Source: Mytilus trossulus
Taxonomy: Eukaryota
Assembly: GCF_036588685.1 (NCBI RefSeq)
Contig: NC_086379.1
Location: forward strand, 85,064,001 to 85,128,000
DNA: 64,000 nucleotides
Direction: 5' to 3'
Part shown: positions 26,801 to 38,800 of the stretch, piece after piece
How positions within the stretch are numbered: position 1 is the stretch's first letter
How the letters are laid out: every line of letters starts with the position of its first letter
Notes under the pieces: model-generated
Told to the model about the DNA's origin: nothing
What the model saw: only the letters and a program-made list of their open reading frames with translations
Database searches by the model: none
Made by a program: the position numbers and the translations under genes

Positions 26801-29800
26801 TTACAGTAAGAAATCACCTATCAAAACCATAGAATTGTAACACTCTACAGTAAGAAATCACCTATCAAAACCATAGAATTGTAACACTTTACAGTAAGAA
26901 ATCACCTACCAAAACCATAGAATTGTAACACTCTACAGTAAGAAATCACTTATCAAAACCATAGAATTGTAACACTCTACAGTAAGAAATCACCTATCAA
27001 AACCATAGAATTGTAACACTCTACAGTAAGAAATCACCTATCAAAACCATAGAATTATAACACTTTACAGTAAGAAATCACCTATCAAAACCATAGAATT
27101 GTAACACTCTACAGTAAGAAATCACCTATCAAAACCATAGAATTGTAACACTCTACAGTAAGAAATCACCTATCAAAAACATAGAATTGTAACACTTTAC
27201 AGTAAGAAATCACCTATCAAAACCATAGAATTGTAACACTTTACAGTAAGAAATCACCTATCAAAACCATAGAATTGTAACACTTTACAGTAAGAAATCA
27301 CCTATCAAAACCATAGTATTGTAACACTCTACAGTAAGAAATCACCTATCAAAACCATAGAATTGTAACACTTTACAGTAAGAAATCACCTATCAAAACC
27401 ATAGAATTGTAACACTTTACAGTAAGAAATCACCTATCAAAACCATAGAATTGTAACACTTTACAGTAAGAAATCACCTACCAAAACCATAGAATTGTAA
27501 CACTCTACAGTAAGAAATCACCTATCAAAACCATAGAATTGTACCACTTTACAGTAAGAAATCACCTATCAAAACCATAGAATTGTAACACTTTACAGTA
27601 AGAAATCACCTATCAAAACCATAGTATTGTAACACTTTACAGTAAGAAATCACCTATCAAAACTTTATTTATAACTTCCTCATTGAAAAGACTCTCTACA
27701 AGGTGCATGTACCAAGGGAAAGTGAAGGTTTCAGGAATCCACTGGTTCCCAGGATATATAGTATATAAATGGTTATATAACACTTAACTGAGGAAGCTGT
27801 TTGTGTTGAGACAAAACTGTATAGTAAGCTATTAAAGCCCTGAAATGACAAATATAAAACTATTCAAATGAGAAAACCAACGTTTTAATTTATGCACAAA
27901 ACAATCAATGAAAATAAATATGATATACAGCAACAAACTACAACACCTGTTAACTGTGTGCTATATTATAATTTCACAGAGACAGTTGTTTAAAGTCTAT
28001 TCAATGGCCAATTACAACTTTGAAAACCATTAATATTTAATAAAAGAAGATATGTGGTAAAGGCCAATGGACTAGTAACCTCACAACCTCACAACACTAT
28101 GAAATAATAATGTATTCTCTAAGGTTTATTGGCTCACTGATTGAAATAAAAGGAGAGTCTCCTTAAAGATATAGAAGTATACTTATTGAAATGTGAGGGA
28201 GAAATGTTCTGTTTTTTACCCATAAACTTGTAATTGATATGTATTATTATTTGTTCCAAAGTTGGTTTAGGTATCTACGACACCAGATTTGATGTATTAC
28301 ACACATTTAGACCATTCACAGAGAATATGACAGAAGACATCAAAGTAAGGCTTAACGTTAATATACTGTGTTATAGTCAAGTTAACATGCTGTGTTATTA
28401 AGTCACTGACCATGCGAGAGCTGTATAGCCAGTCAGGGTTGTTAAAAACTCCCATCATCATCAGATTAGCATGATGTGTTATTATGTCAGGTTAACATAT
28501 TGTGTTATAGACAAGATAACATAGTGTGTTATTAAGTCACTGACCATGCAAGAGCTGTATAGCCAGTCAGGGTTGTTAAAAACTTCCATCATCTTTAGCT
28601 TAACATGCTGTGTTATTATGTCGGGTTAACACTGTCATAAAGGCAGGTAGTAAGCAGGGCTTCCAAAATTTTTCTGAGCCAGCCGGACATTTCATATCTG
28701 ATCCGAATTTTAATCCCTAAGACAAAGTCACAAAAGGCAATTATGGTAATCAGATGGCCATCCCATTGACATTAAATTAAAATCGATATATAAACTTTAC
28801 TTTGATATGAATTTGATGTTCTGACATAAACTGTTAAAATTGACATTGCATCATTCAAAGTGTGCACATCAACGTGCTCATTTCTGCATTAGACTCTTTA
28901 TTTGTGCAAAATGAAGTTGTCTAGAACTTTATTTTCGTTTTTAAAGTCAAATTTTTCAAAACCGGATGTTGACTTGACAATGGTAAAACATGGACCATAA
29001 ACGGATACGTAAAATCCGTGTACGTAACATAGAACTACTGAGCGAAGAAGCTCTTTCCATGTTATTTCTTCAACAAAACACTTGAAATGAACATTAGATA
29101 CAGGCATTAGTGATAGTTTTAGCATTTTTGAAGAAATGTAGGATGCATAATTGAATTTCCCACCTGTGCACATGCGCACACGTGTTCTTGTTCATACAAT
29201 GTAGTTCTGACGATTTTTCATTTAAAACCTTTTTAAATGATTTATCAAATCATGTTTATAAATGTATCTATTATATATTTTAAATCAATTAGATACAAGT
29301 TGCTGAAATGTACGAAAATAATTGGGAATGGACCGATTAATTTATACAATGACCGGTACTGAAAATAGTTTACCTGTCACCTGAACAGGTAGTTTTCAGC
29401 TGTCCAACAACTAACTAGCCTTGATTAAAATTAGAAAGTACTAAAATAGGGGTTGTTTTGATAGTAATTAATCATCATGTCACTTTTATGACCGGAAATG
29501 TATGGCTGTTAAAGGCAAAATGTTGGGTCAAAAAGATCGTGAATTTATATGTTAAAATGACCGAAAAAGCCTTTGAAACTAAAAAGTATATGACCGTTTC
29601 ATGCTTTGCCCAGCCGGTCTTTTACCGGACATTATACAAATGACCGGAATATATGACCGTTTTGGAAGCCTTGGTAGTAACATATGTATGATATTTGTTA
29701 AATGATAGATATTTTTATTGTATTGGGCACTTTGGAATTCTTGAAACATTGCATAGTAACTTAATATAACTAAATTTTCAATTGAATTAATACATTTTTA

Positions 29801-32800
29801 TCAACCACAGTAAATCAATGAAACAAGACTTCAAAGGATACACTTAGCTGTAATAACAAGGCAAACTTATTATAGGCATGTAAATTTACATCAACCCTTT
29901 GAAACATATGTATCATACATATGTTATTACAGATTGTTTTTCCCCCACAATAACAAATGTATGTTTCTCTAATAACCCTTGACTGTAGCTACAGGTAAAT
30001 TTGTAGGGTTATTTGTTCTTCAATGTATTTTAATAAGAATTAACTAAATTATTCATCTTACCCAATAGAATTGTAGGGGGATGGGGGTGGGGGGTGGGGG
30101 GGGAGGAATGTTTATTTAGAAACTATACAAAAAATAACAATATAAAGATAGGATGGAATACATGTCATACAAATGATAACCTGACACTAAATTATACATA
30201 TGCAAGCAATATAGAACACTTATGGCTTTCAACATGAATAGGTTTAAATATTTCTTATTTCCTTATTTTTTATCATTTCTATTGTTAATGTTTGAAATAT
30301 CTAATTGACTGCATCATAAAAAAAGAATTTCCTATTTATTACAGCTTTTCCATTGTAATAACTGCCTGTTTACATCCTATGGGAAAACTTTGTATATGTA
30401 TTCATACTCATGTCAAAGGTCAACTGTAGCTACAATACTAGGGAAACAGAATATACAGGCAGACAATATAGAGCGTGTGGCAGAATGGGGCAGGACCACC
30501 AAAGTACCAGTAAGTAAATACAGTTCACTCTATGTCCCTTAACTTGTCTCACTCAAAATTTCAGATAAGTAGAAGTTTTTTTTTCCATTTAATATACGTA
30601 TTTCAACTCTTGATTATTTAAAACTTTGTTTGACTACTTGGACCAAATATATGTTCCTACAGTCATCAAGCACATTAAAATTGTATTTTTAACTGGATTT
30701 TTTAAAGGAAAATAGTATATATTGATTAGGGGACAGACTGCCAAACTGTGTCCATGCATTTACTCAAGAACTGTTCCAACTAAAGCTTATCAAACTTTAA
30801 TATGTTGTTTTTGATGACAATATGGAGGTTAAGCTTATGATTGTTGGTTATTATCAGTAGTGTATGCTGTTTTAAAATAGGATGTTTTTGTAAAAGTCTT
30901 TGGGTAAACTACAAGATGTTGTCTAAAGAAAGTCTTCAGATAGCACTTTTTCAGTAAAAAGACAAATTCTATTATTAATGATATTAAAGTGTATTTTAAT
31001 TATACTATCTTTTCAGAAGAAAAAAGACTGTGAAAAAGAAGAAAATATAAGAAACATTTTACAGCAGCTGTCAGATGAGACAAAGGTACATTATTATATA
31101 CCAATTGAAGACTGGACCCATTATAAATATTGTGATATAAAATATTCAAATATTCTTCTTCTTCTTATACCAATGTCCATCCATTAAAACATTATAAGAT
31201 AACTGCATTTTGCCAAAATCATTTTATAATGATATAATGATAATTTATATATTATATATAATTTTAAAACAATAATTTGATTGGCAGATTGATTGATTGA
31301 TTGATTTCCTCAAATTTTACATAATTGGCAGGATTTTTAAATAATTTTCTATTTTTTTTGTCCAGATTTACTTGACTTTTGATTATCAGATCTTAGTTAA
31401 TATTTCACATGTTGTACCAGAACTTGATTTTGCTTGAATTAATCTACTGGACAACATACATTATAGTTGGAATTGGTGAACATAATACACCATTCACTTT
31501 AATAAAAAATTGATATATCATTCCAGAGAATTATGGGACTTTGCCCATCAAATAAATAAAACAATTTTTCTTTAAGATATTGTGCACTAAATCTAGCATG
31601 CTTGGATAATAAAACTAAAAATTGTACTGTTGAAAAGATTGGTGGAACTTTTGATTTTGATTTTTTTTTCTAGTTTGTCATTCCAGATTTAAAAGACTTT
31701 GATGGCAAACCAAATGAAACATTTCCACAGTTATCTCCTCTTGGTCAATGTTTTATCTTTTGTTATTGTCCCATTGAATAAATACAATAGCTTCTTTTCT
31801 CTGTGTAGTTTGTTCACTATCTTTTCTCTGTGTAGTTTGTTCACTGTCTTTTCTCTGTGTAGTTTGTTCACTGTCTTTTCTCTGTGTAGTTTGTTCACTG
31901 TCTTTTCTTTGTGTAGTTTGTTCACTGTCTTTTCTCTGTGTAGTTTGTTCACTGTCTTTTCTCTGTGTAGTTTGTTCACTGTCTTTTCTCTGTGTAGTTT
32001 GTTCACTGTCTTTTCTCTGTGTAGTTTGTTCACTGTCTTTTCTCTGTGTAGTTTGTTCACTGTCTTTTCTCTGTGTAGTTTGTTCACGGTCTTTTCTCTG
32101 TGTAGTTTGTTCACGGTCTTTTCTCTGTGTAGTTTGTTCACGGTCTTTTCTCTGTGTAGTTTGTTCACGGTCTTTTCTCTGTGTAGTTTGTTCACGGTCT
32201 TTTCTCTGTGTAGTTTGTTCACGGTCTTTTCTCTGTGTAGTTTGTTCACTGTCTTTTCTCTGTGTAGTTTGTTCACTGTCTTTTCTCTGTGTAGTTTGTT
32301 CACGGTCTTTTCTCTGTGTAGTTTGTTCACTGTCTTTTCTCTGTGTAGTTTGTTCACTGTCTTTTCACTGTGTAGTTTGTTCACTGTCTTTTCTCTGTGT
32401 AGTTTGTTCACGGTCTTTTCTCTGTGTAGTTTGTTCACGGTCTTTTCTCTGTGTAGTTTGTTCACTGTCTTTTCTCTGTGTAGTTTGTTCACGGTCTTTT
32501 CTCTGTGTAGTTTGTTCACGGTCTTTTCTCTGTGTAGTTTGTTCACTGTCTTTTCTCTGTGTAGTTTGTTCACTGTCTTTTCACTGTGTAGTTTGTTCAC
32601 TGTCTTTTCTCTGTGTAGTTTGTTCACGGTCTTTTCTCTGTGTAGTTTGTTCACGGTCTTTTCTCTGTGTAGTTTGTTCACTGTCTTTTCTCTGTGTAGT
32701 TTGTTCACGGTCTTTTCTCTGTGTAGTTTGTTCACGGTCTTTTCTCTGTGTAGTTTGTTCACTGTCTTTTCTCTGTGTAGTTTGTTCACTGTCTTTTCTC

Positions 32801-35800
32801 TGTGTAGTTTGTTCACGGTCTTTTCTCTGTGTAGTTTGTTCACTGTCTTTTCTCTGTGTAGTTTGTTCACGGTCTTTTCTCTGTGTAGTTTGTTCACGGT
32901 CTTTTCTCTGTGTAGTTTGTTCACTGTCTTTTCTCTGTGTAGTTTGTTCACTGTCTTTTCTCTGTGTAGTTTGTTCACTGTCTTTTCTCTGTGTAGTTTG
33001 TTCACTGTCTTTTCTCTGTGTAGTTTGTTCACTGTCTTTTCTCTGTGTAGTTTGTTCACTGTCTTTTCTCTGTGTAGTTTGTTCACTGTCTTTTCTCTGT
33101 GTAGTTTGTTCACGGTCTTTTCTCTGTGTAGTTTGTTCACGGTCTTTTCTCTGTGTAGTTTGTTCACGGTCTTTTCTCTGTGTAGTTTGTTCACGGTCTT
33201 TTCTCTGTGTAGTTTGTTCACGGTCTTTTCTCTGTGTAGTTTGTTCACTGTCTTTTCTCTGTGTAGTTTGTTCACTGTCTTTTCTCTGTGTAGTTTGTTC
33301 ACGGTCTTTTCTCTGTGTAGTTTGTTCACTGTCTTTTCTCTGTGTAGTTTGTTCACTGTCTTTTCACTGTGTAGTTTGTTCACGGTCTTTTCTCTGTGTA
33401 GTTTGTTCACGGTCTTTTCTCTGTGTAGTTTGTTCACTGTCTTTTCTCTGTGTAGTTTGTTCACTGTCTTTTCTTTGTTCACGGTCTTTTCTCTGTGTAG
33501 TTTGTTCACGGTCTTTTCTCTGTGTAGTTTGTTCACTGTCTTTTCTCTGTGTAGTTTGTTCACGGTCTTTTCTCTGTGTAGTTTGTTCACTGTCTTTTCT
33601 CTGTGTAGTTTGTTCACTGTCTTTTCACTGTGTAGTTTGTTCACTGTCTTTTCTCTGTGTAGTTTGTTCACGGTCTTTTCTCTGTGTAGTTTGTTCACTG
33701 TCTTTTCTCTGTGTAGTTTGTTCACTGTCTTTTCTCTGTGTAGTTTGTTCACTGTCTTTTCTCTGTGTAGTTTGTTCACTGTCTTTTCTCTGTGTAGTTT
33801 GTTCACTGTCTTTTCTCTGTGTAGTTTGTTCACTGTCTTTTCTCTGTGTAGTTTGTTCACTGTCTTTTCTCTGTGTAGTTTGTTCACTGTCTTTTCTCTG
33901 TGTAGTTTGTTCACTGTCTTTTCTCTGTGTAGTTTGTTCACTGTCTTTTCTCTGTGTAGTTTGTTCACTGTCTTTTCTCTGTGTAGTTTGTTCACTGTCT
34001 TTTCTCTGTGTAGTTTGTTCACGGTCTTTTCTCTGTGTAGTTTGTTCACGGTCTTTTCTCTGTGTAGTTTGTTCACGGTCTTTTCTCTGTGTAGTTTGTT
34101 CACGGTCTTTTCTCTGTGTAGTTTGTTCACGGTCTTTTCTCTGTGTAGTTTGTTCACGGTCTTTTCTCTGTGTAGTTTGTTCACGGTCTTTTCTCTGTGT
34201 AGTTTGTTCACTGTCTTTTCTCTGTGTAGTTTGTTCACGGTCTTTTCTCTGTGTAGTTTGTTCACGGTCTTTTCTCTGTGTAGTTTGTTCACGGTCTTTT
34301 CTCTGTGTAGTTTGTTCACTGTCTTTTCACTGTGTAGTTTGTTCACTGTCTTTTCTCTGTGTAGTTTGTTCACGGTCTTTTCTCTGTGTAGTTTGTTCAC
34401 GGTCTTTTCTCTGTGTAGTTTGTTCACTGTCTTTTCTCTGTGTAGTTTGTTCACTGTCTTTTCTTTGTTCACGGTCTTTTCTCTGTGTAGTTTGTTCACG
34501 GTCTTTTCTCTGTGTAGTTTGTTCACTGTCTTTTCTCTGTGTAGTTTGTTCACGGTCTTTTCTCTGTGTAGTTTGTTCACTGTCTTTTCTCTGTGTAGTT
34601 TGTTCACTGTCTTTTCACTGTGTAGTTTGTTCACTGTCTTTTCTCTGTGTAGTTTGTTCACGGTCTTTTCTCTGTGTAGTTTGTTCACTGTCTTTTCTCT
34701 GTGTAGTTTGTTCACTGTCTTTTCTCTGTGTAGTTTGTTCACTGTCTTTTCTCTGTGTAGTTTGTTCACTGTCTTTTCTCTGTGTAGTTTGTTCACTGTC
34801 TTTTCTCTGTGTAGTTTGTTCACTGTCTTTTCTCTGTGTAGTTTGTTCACTGTCTTTTCTCTGTGTAGTTTGTTCACTGTCTTTTCACTTCCATCACTCA
34901 TTGATTTGATAATCTACCTGAGTAAAAAGATAACTTTTAAGTGGAGTAAAATTCATGCATCAGCTTTCAAACTGTATGTGATGTTATTCAATATCAATTA
35001 TACATTTTCAATCTGTTCTATACAAACACAATTTAATCATAAGAAAAATAATTTCTGACAAAATTTTTAGAATTGTTCTTATTGAAATTTGCCTGTTAAA
35101 TAATAGAACTAAGAATGGTTTTATAAATACCTTGACCAAGAGGAGATAACTGTGGAAATATTTATTTTAGTTTTAATAACAGTCCTATGTGATGCCATTT
35201 ATATGTGTCATTTTGTTCTTTTATCAATTTTATTATGCACAATAAGGACATTTCATGCACTCTTGATGCAGCTGTTTATCTATAAGTAATTTCATATGTA
35301 ACTTGCAGGTTAAATTTATCCACACTTTGAAATCTCAGTACCAGAGTATTAGTGTTAAATCCATTGAAAGAAGATATTTACTGTGTCTAATTTGGTATTT
35401 TGTTTTCAAAATTTTACTGTAATAAAATGTCTTTTTTTCAGGTGACAAACTATAAAAAGTTTAGTGAAATGTTTAATAAAGTGAAGCCATTATTATCAGA
35501 CCTTGAGAGTCAAAGTAATTTGATGCTACATTTTGTACAACGTTGTCTCACTGAAAAGAAGTTCTTCCCAAAGACAGAAGTACAGTTTCTTATAGAAACA
35601 CAGGCTATACCTTCTGTGTAAGTACAGTATCTTATAGAAACACAGGCTATACCTTCTGTGTAAGTACAGTATCTCATAGAAACACAGGCTATACCTTCTG
35701 TGTAAGTACAGTATCTTATAGAAACACAGGCTATACCTTCTGTGTAAGAACAATATCTTATAGAAACACAGGCTATACCTTCTGTGTAAGTACAGTTTCT

Positions 35801-38800
35801 TATAGAAACACAGGCTATACCTTCTGTGTAAGTACATACTGTGTAATTAACTTTATAGAAACACAGGCTATACCTTCTGTGTAAGTACATACTGTGATAG
35901 AAACACAGGCTATACCTTCTGTGTAAGTACATACTGTGTAATTAACTTTATAGAAACACAGGCTATACCTTCTGTGTAAGTACATACTGTGTAGTTTCTT
36001 ATAGAAACACAGGCTATACCTTCTGTGTAAGTACAGTATCTTATAGAAACACAGGCTATACCTTCTGTGTAAGTACATACTGTGTAATTAATCAGCTGTT
36101 GTCTAGAAACACAGGCTATACCTTCTGTGTAAGTACATACTGTGTAGTTTCTTATAGAAACACAGGCTATACCTTCAGTGTAAGTACATACTGTGTAATT
36201 AACTTTATAGAAACAGGCTATACCTTCTGTGTAAGTACATACTGTGATAGAAACACAGGCTATACCTTCTGTGTAAGTACAGTATCTTATAGAAACACAG
36301 GCTATACCTTCTGTGTAAGAACAGTATCTTATAGAAACACAGGCTATACCTTCTGTGAAAGTACAGTTTCTTATAGAAACACAGGCTATACCTTCTGTGT
36401 AAGTACAGTATCTTATAGAAACACAGGCTATACCTTCTGTGTAAGTACAGTATCTTATAGAAACACAGGCTATACCTTCTGTGTAAGTACATACTGTGAT
36501 AGAAACACAGGCTATACCTTCTGTGTAAGTACATACTGTGTAATTAACTTTATAGAAACACAGGCTATACCTTCTGTGTAAGTACATACTGTGTAATTAA
36601 CTTTATAGAAACACAGGCTATACCTTCTGTGTAAGTACATACTGTGTAATTAACTTAATAGAAACACAGGCTATACCTTCTGTGTAAGTACATACTGTGA
36701 TAGAAACACAGGCTATACCTTCTGTGTAAGTACATACTGTGATAGAAACACAGGCTATACCTTCTGTGTAAGTACTTACTGTGTAATTAACTTTATAGAA
36801 ACACAGGCTATACCTTCTGTGTAAGTACATACTGTGTAATTTCTTATAGAAACACAGGCTATACCTTCTGTGTAAGTACATACTGTGTAGTTTCTTATAG
36901 AAACACAGGCTATACCTTCTGTGTAAGTACATACTGTGTAGTTTCTTATAGAAACACAGGCTATACCTTCAGTGTAAGTACATACTGTGTAATTAACTTT
37001 ATAGAAACAGGCTATACCTTCTGTGTAAGTACATACTGTGATAGAAACACAGGCTATACCTTCTGTGTAAGTACAGTATCTTATAGAAACACAGGCTATA
37101 CCTTCTGTGTAAGTACATACTGTGATAGAAACACAGGCTATACCTTCTGTGTAAGTACATACTGTGTAATTAACTTTATAGAAACACAGGCTATACCTTC
37201 TGTGTAAGTACATACTGTGTAATTAACTTTATAGAAACACAGGCTATACCTTCTGTGTAAGTACATACTGTGTAATTAACTTAATAGAAACACAGGCTAT
37301 ACCTTCTGTGTAAGTACATACTGTGATAGAAACACAGGCTATACCTTCTGTGTAAGTACATACTGTGTAATTTCTTATAGAAACACAGGCTATACCTTCT
37401 GTGTAAGTACATACTGTGTAGTTTCTTATAGAAACACAGGCTATACCTTCTGTGTAAGTACAGTTTCTTATAGAAACACAGGCTATACCTTCTGTGTAAG
37501 TACAGTATCTCATAGAAACACAGGCTATACCTTCTGTGTAAGTACATACTGTGTAATTTCTTATAGAAACACAGGCTATACCTTCTGTGTAAGTACATAC
37601 TGTGTAGTTTCTTATAGAAACACAGGCTATACCTTCTGTGTAAGTACATACTGTGTAGTTTCTTATAGAAACACAGGCTATACCTTCTGTGTAAGTACAT
37701 ACTGTGTAGTTTCTTATAGAAACACAGGCTATACCTTCTGTGTAAGTACATACTGTGTAATTAATACATCTGTTGTTCAGAAACACAGGCTATACCTTCT
37801 GTGTAAGTACATACTGTGTAATTAATACATCTGTTGTCCAGAAACACAGGCTATACCTTCTGTGTAAGTACATACTTTTGTCTAGAAATGAAACTTTGCC
37901 TAATAATTTACCTCTTACCAGAAGGTGGGTCACAAACAAAGTTTAAAAAAACTACACTGGCTAACAAGGCTTGATAAAATCTATGCTGAAAGTCATTGGT
38001 AAAAAGTAAAATAACAAAAATGCTGAACTCTCAAGAATATTCAAAATGTGAAGTCCCTAATCAAAAGCTTAAACACATCAAACAAATGAACAACAACTGT
38101 CATATTCTCGACTTGATACAGGCATTTTCTTAAGTAGAAAATGATTGATTAAACCTAGTTTAATAGCTAGCTAAACCCCTCACTTGTATGACAGTCACTA
38201 AACCATCCCTTTGCATATCTGCAAAAATAAATTATTATGTGATCCTTTACCACTTTTAAGATGGTATGTGGTCAACATGATCATGGTCAAAAGTTTGACT
38301 CTAGGTAACTTTAATTGCTAGGACACACAATAGTCTGAGAGAACAATAGATATGGGAAGATGTGGTATGAGTGATAATGAGACAACTCTCCATCCACACA
38401 ACAATTTATAAAACTGAACCATTATAGGTCAAAGTACGGCCTTCAACATGGAGCCTTGGTCCACACAGAACAACAAGAATTGTCACTAAATGATGATTTT
38501 TACAAAAAATTTATGTTTTAGAAAAAAAAATGTGGATAGAAATAAATTGTATTTAGAAAAAGGATCAGCAATACAAGAAATGAACGAAAATTATAACAAA
38601 GTTTTTGGCAATTTTAGGTTCCATTTAATCATAAAACTCTTCATGTGTTTTTGGTCTTGTGCATCCTTGCTTGGCTTTCAAATGTTTGGGATTTAGCATT
38701 CCTGATGAGGGTAAATGAAGAAAGGTCTTTCCAATGTATGAATTTTCTCTCAATGTTGGCATTTCAATTGTTGTCTGCTCTTTGGTCAGGTTATTGTCTC

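Noticed and set aside
29927-30000. Exon-like segment (tacag|...actgtagctacag|gtaaat) sharing 12 nt with NOL11 exon 8
   Set aside because: In-frame TAA in the required phase, and a 12-nt match could be chance; a poison exon cannot be excluded.
31699-35058. 1119-aa (+) and 1056-aa (-) ORFs
   Set aside because: Translations of a 27-bp minisatellite inside NOL11 intron 9; units are near-identical at DNA level and there is no unique domain.
35510-37786. Cluster of overlapping repetitive ORFs (YTEGIACVS / YLHRRYSLCF)
   Set aside because: All frames of the exon-10 junction array; only 35442-35617 (+) is coding.
35578-37875. CRISPR-like look (constant repeat with variable linkers)
   Set aside because: Linkers are a few recurring variants and not unique spacers; the repeat is exon-derived, the context is eukaryotic, and there are no cas genes.
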